NCBI GenBank assembly: GCA_051362555.1
Contig: CM120646.1
Coordinates: forward strand, 1,984,001 to 2,048,000
Source of the DNA: Lingula anatina
Lineage: Eukaryota > Animalia > Brachiopoda
DNA length: 64,000 bases
Direction: 5' to 3'
Positions 28,601 through 41,500 of this stretch are shown piece by piece. Below the pieces are notes generated by a model. It saw only the letters and a program-made list of their open reading frames with translations. It was not told the DNA's origin and ran no database searches. The position numbers and the translations under genes were made by a program. The stretch's first letter is position 1, and the number at the start of each line of letters is the position of its first letter.

Positions 28601-31600
28601 TTGAAATTTTAAGTAGAGGCACAAATTGACTAAATGAGGCACCTTGTCCAGGGAACATGTCTGAGGTCATTTAAGAGTTGGCTTTGGGGTAATGTTTGTT
28701 GAAAAAGAAAAGTAGAGGAAATTTGGCAACTAAAAACCTTTCTGTGAAATGCTGTTATAAGCAGCATTGGTTTGTACTACATACTGTTAAAAAACAGGGA
28801 CTTGTGTTTGGAAGTGTTTTTTTTTAATTGTGCTCTTTGTTAGCTGTATAGTGTATTAAAAAAATAGCACATTGAATCAACAAAATAATTCAAAAGATGG
28901 TTTGCTAATGCCAAGCAATATTTTAGTTAATGTAATTAATGTAAGCAGATATATATTTAGAACAGCAGATGCATGTATGTGACTGGCTGTGCATTAAGAG
29001 TACAGACTGGTTCATCTTAGGCAGTTGATGTTGATTGGAAAAGAAGTCTTTTTGTTGATCTGCTTCAATGGGCAAAGCATAAAACGAAGTCTGACTTGAA
29101 GCATCAAATAGAAAATATCCAATTGAAGTGATTGCCTTTCCTCAGCTGTACTTTTGAACTCCTGCATACAAGTAATGTTAAGGTTGTCTGGAAACAAACC
29201 TTTTTCAGATTCAGAGATCCTAATCTTAAACCACTTTGTACTTAGGCATCTAATTGCTAAGGTCTGTATATGAAGTAGTCTTCATTGAAAGACAAAACTA
29301 GCTGGATTTTCTGGTGAAACAGTTGAAATATTTCATTTTAAGGTAATCTTGAGCATAGTGGTTATGAAATATTGTTCATTTGCATGCTCGAAAAAAAGCA
29401 GTTAATGTTGTTATTCAGAGGAAGATTGATATTCCGCTGAATGTAGTGTTTAGTAGTGTGCTCGGTAATCGGTTTCACCACAAGGGACCAAGATCAAAGT
29501 TCTGCCCATAAAATTCTTCAAGCCTTTTTGCTCTGATCCATTCATTCCTAAACCCCAGGGTTCTTGTAGCATTGGTTCTGCTGATCTGTGATTGTTTGGT
29601 AGGTTGTCATGGTAATTATGATGTCATTTACAAGCTTATAGTGCATCATATTATTTTTGTGCAACTTGCACATGCACACATATATGTATGCACGCATGCA
29701 CACACATATGCAAACACACCTTGGACCAGTGTAGAATTGGTTTAGTTTTTGTCGTTTTCAATGCATTTCATTTTTAATGATCACAGAACTGTTGGTTTTT
29801 AAGGCAGTAACAGTCGGCAGGTTTGTTGATATTGGTCTTGACATTTAAATTGGCACCAGTCTGCGACATGGGAGAGGAGGGAGTACACGCTTGTACTTGG
29901 GTCGTGCGCGCGACACACACGATAACATTTGGTTGTTACGGCAACACTGATTACAGTCGCATGCACGGGGTTAAGCAAAAGGTGACTCTGGTGGTTTTTA
30001 CAAGAGGCAAATATTTGAATAAGTTTGTCTTGAGGTTTTAGTTACCCTGGAAAAAGGGGAGATTTCTACGTGTAATGATTTTTTTTCAACATTTGGAGAC
30101 CATTTATCCCTTGTAAAAGTTGGAAACATGTATATCAGGTTTTGACTACTGTGGCGTTTGACTTTAGGTACAGGATTGTTTTAGGATGGTGAAATAGCAA
30201 AATGTCAACATCTTATGATTTATGTTTATTAAACTCTTTTTAACAAAGTAAATACCTGGGCATTTTATTTGAAAAAACAGGGCATCTGCTTAACCTAATT
30301 AACCAAGGGTGTAACATGATGTTTTTTTCTGCTTAAAGTATCAGACTGATTTCAAACTGAATCTGCCATCATTCTGATATTTTCATTCAATTGCAGTTGC
30401 CACAAAACAAGTCTGACCTAAACTTAACTTCTGTCATACTAAAAACCCTGTCTTTTATTTTGTCACAGGCACAACAGCTGCTCTCAACATTTCACGAAAC
30501 ATTTATCTTGAAGTTGTTCTTGTTTCAAGTTGTTCTTGTTTCGAAGACCCTGAGTTGTACTCTAAACTCAAACAGTGGTTCCAGAACATTAGCAAAAGGC
30601 TTATTTATGGCAACACAAACAACTTACTGTAGTTGGTAATTTTGTGTCTTCTTTTGAAAAGTTGGCAATTAGTGCCGCAGGCGTTAGCTGAAAGTGAACC
30701 AAAGTTTCGTGTAAAATGTATCTTTTGTTACAGGTAAATGTCTGCATTTGAGGTAGACACCACTTTGAAATAATCTTTTAATCTCCTTTGTTTGTTTAAA
30801 TCTGAAATTTGCTCCTCATTTGTGGTTTTGCTTTTAAAAAATGTCAATTTCAAATCCAAGCATTGGAATGTTGACCATGGCTTGTATTGCAACATAATGG
30901 AATAAAAAGAAGCAAATAAAAAATGGATCAGGACCTAACTTGTGAACTCCGATCTTCTCAGGTGGAAAAGCTGAGGGTGACTTTGAAATGGGACTCCTGA
31001 ATTGTTGTTCATGTGAGAGACATCCGAGGTGTTTACCTGAAAATCAAGGTTCCATTCACATGTGTCTTTATGTATAACTTATCTGTTCTACTACGGTTCT
31101 TCTGTTTTTCTTTTTGGGAGTATTGACGTACCAGATACGATCAGTGCTGTTCAATTCAATCCTTGTAGCCCTAGTTGCAGAAGTTGATTATTCTAAGTAG
31201 AAACAGTTGAACTGATCACCTGCTGTGGACCAAGCATGATGTAATGCAATCAACTTCATTTTCAACCACATGAGTGTAATGCACTAGATAAGCTGTAAGA
31301 TTTATTTGAGTATGTTGGTCAGTTTTGATTGCGAGAAGTTAAAAGTTGATTGCTTGACCACAGCATGCTGTTGTGCAATCAACATTTAATGAGTTCTGTG
31401 TGAATACCTCGAATGAGAACAGCAAGTAGGAGGTGCTCGGCCATGTGAATGAGACTACAGAGATCCTTTCTACAAGCTTGCTACACATTATATGATAGCA
31501 TTTCATCCTTGGCTAGTCAAAACGAACACAACAAAAGAGAGATGCTGGGCAATTTGAGCAAAATTTGAAACCAAGATCAATCATTTTGTCGTAACTTCTA

Positions 31601-32333
31601 CTCTTTCTATAATCTGTCACTGACAAGAGAGGTTTTTAATACTGCCAGTTTTGAAAAAAGCCCAAGTTATAAATGAGGAAAAATAAAACATTGCCCTTCC
31701 ATCTGACAGGGAGAAAAAATAACTGCATTATAAGTGCTATTCTAAGATTACTTTCTTCGTTAGGAAGACATCTAATGTTTCCCCATATAACAGAGAAAGC
31801 ACTATTTATGACCTCTTAATAAATAATGAGTCTTCATCATCTTTTCTTCTGTAAATGTGAACTTGCACCCATGAAAACATCAATTTTTTAACCAAAAAAA
31901 ATGTTTAACTGTCTCACTTTAACTTCATCTCAAAGCAAAGGGGAAAAATAACAATATGTCTACATTTTTGCCATATTGTGGAAACAGTATGACATTGATG
32001 TGGAAACATTTACAACTATTAGACACAGACTGATAGAGAACAACTAACCACCATCATCGTTCATCATGCTAAAATAAGTCTAAGAAAAGACAATTAAAAC
32101 CACATTTATTTTAGCCAATTTTGCTTGTATTTGCAATCAGCCAAAATGCTGCACCATGCTGCTTTGTAAATTGTGAGATATATTGAATGTATTCTCTATT
32201 ATCAATTTCTTATTCCAGATTTACAGTCAAGTTCTGCCAGCTACAGAACCTACAGAAACAACGACATCAAAGAATATATGGAATTAACATTAGATATCCC
32301 CAGAAGACAACTGATAGCTGGGGCACGGTAAGC

Positions 32334-32364
<31 letters not shown>

Positions 32365-35300
32365 GAGCAAGAGAGTGTGGAGATAGACAGAAAAACTTGT
32401 GACACTTTTTCCTGTGAAACTATCGAAGCTTCCCACAAACATTACAGTACTACTTAATTTTGAGAGTTTTGTTTTTGCCCATGAATAACTGTAAGTTAAC
32501 ATTGTGTGATCTCCTCACTGTGTATGTGAATATAGTCTAATAATGACATCAGAAAACCAGACAACAGTTCTATATTTTAGAGACTTTGATGAAAATATTT
32601 TATTTATTTTGGTGAAAATATTTTATTTATTTCCACTTTTGTATTATATTACAAAAATTTTTATTTTAATTTCAGAAACCATATTTTGAGATTATCGTTA
32701 GATAGCTTAGACGCCCTGGAGGTGGCGAAATGGGGCACTAAAAATGAGACCAGGGGACTTTGTATGGCCAAGGGACAGTCAGAGGTAGTATGACAACACC
32801 TCATCACATCATAAAAATCTTCTTGTCTTACTCGAAGAGAAAACCATTCATTCCACTAAAACAGGCGGAAAGAGTCGTGTATATTTCAGCAGCTGAATCT
32901 TCTTTTAAAAAAAGCAATTTAACTGGCTGAATTTCAAGTTTTAAGTTTTCACTGTGACTTGATAAAAGATTGAACAAGCAACTGAAAAAACTCCTGGTGT
33001 AGAGTAAATAAAACAAAGACTGAAATCACTTGCTATCAGTGAAAGCAGATGCGAGAAAAACAAGCATTTATTCATTGTTCCTTTCTTGTTTTGTTTTCAG
33101 GAAAACTGCCATAACTTTATCAAAGTATTGCTACGTCATGGGGACCAGTTGTTTGCATGTGGCACCAATGCTTTTTCACCAAAGTGTTCAGTAAGACAGG
33201 TAGGTCATAAAAAGTGCTGCTCCCTTGAATTTTTTTTCTGCTTATTTTGGAAAGACAAAAAAATCAGTGTTTTTCGAGACTTTCAAATAAGCATGTCTGT
33301 TTGTAGAAGAACTTCCAAAGAAACAGTAGAGGATACAGATTTAAAATACACACAAACTTAGAAAATTAGATTCCAAAAGAAAGGGAAAGAAAAGAAGGTT
33401 CAAAGTACGAAAATCAGATAAAAACAGCGACATCTGTCCCCTATTCTCCTTTGCTTTGCCCTAGTTTTAAACATTATGCCTCGAAGCAGCATCAACCATA
33501 ACTAACCCTAATAAACTGCAACGCCTCATAAAATCCTCCCCTGTTTTATTACATTTTCCTTTTAAAGGGCAGACGTGATTAGCTTTACAACAATAAACAG
33601 CATTTGGAGCTGATTTCTGCAAAGCACAGGCTAAAAGCCAGCTTTTGGTAACCTTAGCAGGCTCTGGATTGACTGGAGTTCTGGGACTACCTGGTTTGAA
33701 TTTTAAAACAGAATCTTTTTAAATGGATTAGGTTACTAAGTGCAAGGACTATAGACGTCTAAGGACTATAGACGTCTAAGGACTATAGACGTCTAAGGAC
33801 TATAGACGTTTCTTGAGGATGTAACATACATTTGAATGACATTTTAATCCACTTGGTGTTTTAGAAAAATTAGAATGTAGGAAGCATTGTTTCTGTTCTT
33901 TTTTGTGCCTTTTTCAAAGCTGTTTCAAAGAAAATATCAGGTCTGCACCCAGCAATTTCTAAGGGGAGGGGGTGGTTTAATAAAATCAGATCTCTTTTCC
34001 CCTTTGTTGATTCAACTTTTGAAATGCCGTAGAACTGGTATTGAAGTTAAATTAAGAGTGGCTCTTGGAAACCCCTCCTCCCGTTACACACATGCTGCTG
34101 AATACACAGTGATGACAGTGCTCCAAAGTTCCTTGAAGGACAGCCACAGCTGTTTTAAAGAAAAAAATGATAGCCCCTATATATAGTAGCAGCAAGAAGC
34201 TTCAAAGAAAATGTGCCTCTCAATCCTAGTAATTTATGGGACAGTTTCTTGATCACTCCCAAACCAACTAGCTCAAAACTGACTATTTTGTGCAATGATC
34301 CGTTTTAAAGTCGGCTCTTTTTTTCCAAACCCCAGATGCTTTTGATGGTAGAGGGTATGCCTCGGGATTTTTTGTTTTCTGTTTCTTCCAATTTCCTGTC
34401 ACTGATCCTCTTCAGAGTTCACAACCTGTAGGTTAAGCTCATCTTACAAAAAGACTGCTTTAGGCACATATGTTTCTGTGGATATTTTTTTATTTTTAAA
34501 TTCTGCAACACAAAAGCCACAATGATGAAGCTTTTACCAGAAGTCACAATTTCAGTGATACATCCAATGTAAGTTGGTGAATATTCAGAGAAATGTGTAT
34601 ATTTCTCCCCCCCCCCTCGCCTCCCCCTGCAAAGGATTATTCTGGAGAGCTTTTTTTGTTGTCACATGATATTTTTGCCAGCAAATGATAGGTTGAATCC
34701 CTTTGAAGAGAAACATGTGTTATCTGTAATTAAAAAATGCTCTGAAAAGATTATTGGGAACAGTTGTTGGTCTTTGGTCAACTGAAGAGTTTTTTATTGG
34801 AAGCAACTGTTTATTAAGTTCAAACTTGTTGTATGAGGGAATATCTTTTGCAGACTGCAATGCCCTTGGGTAATTACAAATAGGAGTTTTCCATTTCTCC
34901 TTTTTATTTTGTCATTTGAAAATAGGGTGTTCTTAAAATGGTTCTTATTTTTCATTGCGGAGGTGCTGGAATAAGCTGATTGGATGCCTGTGCATATGCA
35001 TCCTTTATTTGCACCCTCCACACATGCACTGTTGATATGTGGAACTGTGCACCATGAAAAAAAAAAAGATGAGAGACCTGCATAAGAATATATGAAACAG
35101 TACAGAACTGTCATAGTTATGGCATCAGTGAAGCTTAGCAGCAGGTGGCAATGACTTCTTCATCCTCTTTTTTCCACTGGAAGTGAATTTATTGCCACTT
35201 CTCAAGATGTTCTCAGTCATACTAAAGAGACCATACATCATGCTTGAAAAACAAAGTTAGCATTATGCAGATAATAAATCACAGACAAAAACCTCATTTG

Positions 35301-38300
35301 TCATGTCTGGGAACCCTGGATGGAAAATTGGAGCACAGAAAAGCAGCAGGACATGGAATCGGAGCTGACGGTCCAAAGAACAGGGCAATTTTTAGCTTTC
35401 AACGTTTGCTTCCAACCTTGCACCATGCAGATTGATCTTTTTTAGATAATTGTCCAAAGCCTTAATTTTTGGCCTTCTTCCATCAAAGAAGAAAGCATTT
35501 GGCTCCAATACAAAGTGATTTTAAAGCAGTTCCTCAGTTTTCCTAGAAGAGAAAGTAGCAACACTTAAATACACATTTTGGTCACTTTCCTTTTAACCAC
35601 CATAGAGAGTAAATTTCTTGTATTGCACTCTTTTCATGGCATTTTTAAAAAGAAGGAAGATGTCATTTGGTTCCAATAAAAATGGACTTAGAAACCATTT
35701 GACCCCCTGTAGGACAGAGTCATTGAAAACACTTGGATGAGAATGTCACTTGGTTTTCTTTCCTAGCCCAAACAGCTCACTGACATTTGATTTGAAAAGA
35801 TATATGGAAAACACTTGCTGAGGATGGATTTAAGTTTTCAAAACACGACCTCAAATGCCCATGCAGTTTGATTGTTTGGATCTGAAGTGAACTGAAGAAA
35901 AGTGGAAAACATAAAATTATGTTTTTGCCTTTTTGTCCATGAAATGTTATTCAGAGTCTTCCTCTCAGAGAATATACTAAATCTATTATCCTTAAATTCA
36001 ATGACCAGCATATGCTAGACACGATAGAATACACTTTTGTTAATTGATTACTAAAAAAAACTTGATTTAAATACAAATGTATGTGGATTTTACATTTAAA
36101 AAACTATTAAGAATTTGAAATTTTTAAACAACGATTTTATGAAATGTATTTTGCTGAATGATTGAAAAGAGGACATGGGAACATTTGTAGCTTTTCTAAG
36201 GACAAAGATAAGAATGGATAACAGCAATAACAAATTAAATAGAAGAGACAATTGCAGAAAGAATGGATAACAACAATAACAAATTAAATAGAAGCGACAA
36301 TTGGAGCTTCTATTTTTGTTGCCAGTGGCAGCAGGAGAGAAACAATTAAATTTCAGATATTGGTGCCCTTGGCATCGAGGCTTGTTTTCTTTTTACCAGT
36401 GCAGACTAATATAATTTGTTTAAAAACTTGTGTAGGCAAAAATCCCATGGAGAATTTTGTAGTCTGAAAACAATTTGAAAAATTGGGGTTCAACTGTCTG
36501 GGTTTGCTTTTCACCCCAAAAAAAAAGATTTACAGATCTGGTGATTTTTTATACTTTTATTTGTTAAAAACACATAAGTCACTTTTCAATAGTGACTTCA
36601 CAATTTTTATAATTATGCAGTAAGCATATATTGTATTCTTTTGTGAGATACCTAAAGTTTGGAGAGCTTAGGACAATTAATCCCTTTTTGTTTTGCTATT
36701 ACACATCTCTGATCATTTCTGTGTTGTCCCACTCCATATTGTCCCACTCTTTGCTATCCCACTCTTTATTATCCCACTATGAGTTGTCCTGCTTCGTTAA
36801 CTTACCATAATTCAAATGTCTGGGGCACACGCAAAAGGTACCAATCCAATTTTTATATGAGTTTAATTCATAATGCCCATTTTTATTAGTATGCAGGACC
36901 GTTTTAATCACTTCTAATGATGGGTTAATGTTTTTTGTAACGGGAAGAGGCATGAACAGTGTGGTTATCCCCGAGGCTAAACAGATGTGAAAATGATCTG
37001 CAACAGATTAATTATTAATATGAATTGCATTTGGGTTATTTAAATAGATTAGAATTTTTTACATTTAAGTGAAGACATGATATATTGGAAAGTAGTTTAG
37101 AATTCAAGTTGAATTTATATACTACATTTATGTACAATTAAAAAAAATATTGTCCTATTTGTAAGTTTCTTTCTCTGAGAACATAAAGCAGGGAAGGACA
37201 TAAATGTAAACACCACTGCACTTTTTATATCTCAATAAAAAAACATCTTAACCAGTTTACATTTAAGTCTGTATATTTACTGTTGCAGCTAACCAACTTG
37301 GGCGAGGTGACCAGGACTGAAGATGGTGCCTCTAAGTGCCCCTACAATCCTCACCACAACGCCACCACGTTAATGACATCTGAAGGTGATGTCTACGCTG
37401 CCTCCGTGATGGATTTTGCTGCCCGTGATGTTGCAATTTATCGCAATACAGGACCTTCACCTGTTCTTCGCACCGTGCAATATAACTCAAAATGGCTCAA
37501 TGGTATGGTTTGTTGAAATGGATGGTTGTGTGATTTCACTTTCAAAATGTCCTTTTCAAAATTTTACAAATTCAGTTCACATTATTCAAGAATATTTGTG
37601 TTTACTCATTGATTTCATTTTTGTTTGTAATAAATGTTATTGAATTCAAAACTTTTTAGCAATATCCATGATGTCTATTTTGCTGTATACCTCTAGCTAT
37701 ATATTAATGCTTTAAGTTGTAATTTATTCTTCATGAATCAGGATTTTGAAATAAATATTTAAAAATTATATCATTTTTTTCCACAGAGCCAGTGTTTGTG
37801 TCATCTTATGAGATAGGAGAGTTGGTATTTTTCTTCTTCCGAGAAACCGCAGCAGAATATATTAACTGTGGGAAGGTATAAAATCTGACACCATTAATGG
37901 TTCTGACACCATTAATCTGCTATTGATATGATTATGGTGATTGAACCATATTTTGTCACTGCTCTTTATTGAGGAAAGTCAATGAATTCTGTATGAAAAT
38001 TGTTAACTTACTTTTAATTAACTATTTCTTGAAGAAATGCAAACTTTGTTCACAAAACTTATTTTCCCATCTTGTCTTACAGAGCATCTACCCACGAGTG
38101 GCAAAAGTGTGCAAGAATGACAAAGGAGGGAAATTTCTGTGGAAGGATAACTGGACAACTTTCCAAAAGGCTCGCTTGAACTGTTCCATGCCTGGGGACT
38201 ATCCATTCTATTACAATGAACTCCAGAGCACATATTATCTCCAGGAGCAGGAACTGGTGTACATGGTCTTCACAACCCCTGTGTAAGTCATCTATAATGT

Positions 38301-38492
38301 GTGTGACTTTAAAAGGGGAGAGGTACCCCCAACCCACCCACCTATCTACCCCACTCACCCCATTCTTTGAGGGGGGTACGCCCAATTTACCCTCCTGACC
38401 ACCCATCCATCAATCCCCAATTGAAGGGGGGGGGGGGGAAACCCACCTAACCATCGACCCACCCATCCCTTGCCACCCTCTAACCCCCCCCA

Positions 38493-38541
<49 letters not shown>

Positions 38542-41500
38542 CTTTCTATATGCGACGATTTGCAACCAGTTTTAGTGTGTTGCATCAGTCACCTCAGAAG
38601 TTGACATTTTAGAATGGTTGACATTTTCTCACATCAGCTGGTGACAAGGGTTCGTGTCACAGAGCACCTGGTGTCACATGAATCATGGGAGCTTTGGTGA
38701 CATCTGGGACTTAGTGTGTGAAGTCTGTTCACATAAGGGCTGTCTTAGGCCACATTCAGAGCAGTGGACTAACTGGTCCCAGGATCAAATATGGCCAACC
38801 CACTTGAATACTTCCCCACGTGGAACCTGTTCAGTGTCTATTAGCAGATTAGATGCCAGGTTTTTTAGTGGGTTGCCATATTTGACCCACATACTAGTCA
38901 GTCCACTGTTCTGAAGGCAACCTTAAAACATATAAATGATTCAGCTATGCAAAGTGTTAACAGTTGATAAATTAACCGGGCATTTAGATGTCTGTAACAT
39001 AATGTGAACGTATCACACAGGCTATGTTTGATTTAAAAGAATATCTGAAAATAATTCTGTTAGGATAAATCTTTTTAAAGACAGATTTGCTCATTTATTT
39101 GTTTAATCCTGATGGCTTTTTTGCCACAATTACTTAGTTGTAAAGGTGTCCTCAACAAAACAATGGTTGAAGAAAACTGTTTGATTAAAATCTGGTTGAG
39201 TTTATTGAATAATTACTGCATTTCTAATCAATTTTATTGAAATTTATTCAGTAAATGCAGTATTTCTAATCAATTTCATTATTTTAAAAGTTTATTGAAG
39301 AAATAGCACACTTATTACAATTTTTAAAAAGTTTATTTAGATGTTATGTGTTGTATAAGTACTGTTTGAGTTCCTTATGTAATTACTGTATTTGTATTTT
39401 ACAGGAGCAGTATGTATGGTTCGGCAGTGTGTGTATATAATATGACAGCATTCCAGAAGGCCTTTGAAGGTCCATTTAAGTACCAAGAAAGCTCTAAGCA
39501 TGCTTGGGTGCAGCATGAAAACCCATTCCCTAATTACAGGGTCAGTGCAGTGATTTAGTATTATTATTATTATTGTTATAATATGATTTCCTAAACTGTG
39601 GAGGAGGGCTGAAATATTGCCAATAAGTACATTTTTTTCTTTATTTTCTGAATTTATCAACTGTTCAGGAAGTTTTAAAAAGTTGTGATTGAATATTTAG
39701 CACATTTCATGCTTTGCATATTAAAAAATGGTAAAAAATACTATATCCTGCCTTTATGACATCTTTTATTATGTTTTGAAAAATAAAATTTTCTTTTACA
39801 GTGTCAGTCAAACAAGGAACGAGAAGCAGGAATGTCACAGACTGACATTGGCAATGCACAGAAATACCAAATGATGGACAGCGCTGTTCAGCCAGTTACT
39901 CTGCACCCCTTTGCCACTGCTGCCAATGAAAGGTAGCAACAGAGCTGTCTACATTTCTATACTTATTACTTTCTATAATGCTTAAGAATCTTTGACTCAG
40001 ACCAGTTAATTTTCCACAGTCACTCTCAATGACTTTTTTGTCACCATTTCATTTAATTTGGTTAATTTTCATTGTGATTATATGATATTTTAGAATATGG
40101 ATTTGTTTTGGGAAAAAAATAGAAACAACTTTTTCAACAACTATTGAATAGTATAATTCCTGATATATAGGTGGAGCCACATTGTGGTAGACACAGTACA
40201 CTCCAAACACAGGACCCAGTTCCAAGTGATGTTCGTGGTAAACATGGAAGGAGTTTTGAAGAAAATTGTCCATTTGCCAAACAGCACGGAGGCGTGTGTT
40301 TTAGAAGAGATTAATATTTTCCCTAAGGGACAGAATCGCCCTGTTTACAAGATGGAATTGTATAATGTAAGGGGACCAGGTTTTTTATATTTGTATGAAA
40401 TCCAAGTGGAGCTGAATATTTTCAAATTTTGAAATATTTGAATGAGTGATGCATTTTTCTCAACAGAATTCAAGTGGGGTAATCAGTAATTAATTATTGT
40501 ATTCTTCGTGGTCTTTGAAATTAAATTAAGTACCTATTTGGCATCTGTTATTTCTACATCTATTCATACTTTCAGGGCAATATTTATATATCTACCAGTC
40601 AAGAAATAATCAAAATTCAAGTCCACAGATGTCACAGGTTCAAATCACGAAGGTATGTTTGTATTGGAGTTACAGGTAAATGTTATAGATTTTTAAATAA
40701 AGGAAATATGATTGATATATTCTTAGGTTAGATTTTGTCTCAAATTGACTCCCTAAAAAGTATTAATTTACAGTTCTATCATCCAAAAACAGCCATTTCA
40801 ATTTAGTATAATAAGGGCTACCATTATCATTTTGTTTATGAAGGTTATTCATAAAAATATAATATTTCTATGAACATAAGGGACAGATCCAGAAATATTT
40901 TCTAACGTCTTCCAAATTATCTTTGTTAATCCATCTTCCATTTTTGACCATCCTCTGACAAATAAATAAATAAATAAATAAAATGCCCATTTTTGAAAAA
41001 TTCTTCACTGTCTTCAAAGAGACCCAGAAGACGGCCTCCCTCCACCCCTGAACATGTCCTCTGAGTTTATGACTCTCACGTGTTGCAGACAATGATGAAA
41101 ATGCCAACCATCTAACAAGGGGAAATGGCAAATGACTCAATTTTAACCCAAAATTATTTATTATTATTATATATACATAATGATTTATGTTTTATGTCCA
41201 GAACTTGCACGCGGTCTATGGACCCCTACTGTGGCTGGAGCAGTAAACACAACCAATGCAGTCCGCCGCCTCGGGGAAACACCCGCGCTCACTTCTGGCA
41301 CCAGAGACCGATCAACCAGTGTCCTATTATGAATGATCCAAGTAAGTTCACGGTCAGAAAATCAGGAGAGATTTCATAAGTCTGTTTTAACTGGAGGTTT
41401 GTTGAAATACGATATATTTGTTTTCTTCTATTTCTTGAATACTGAATATAAATGTGAATACTGAATATGTGAAGTGGATATTTTGAGAATTTCGCAAAGG

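Noticed and set aside
33744-33809. Short direct repeats as a CRISPR array
   Set aside because: Head-to-tail copies with no spacers, no cas genes, eukaryotic intron context.
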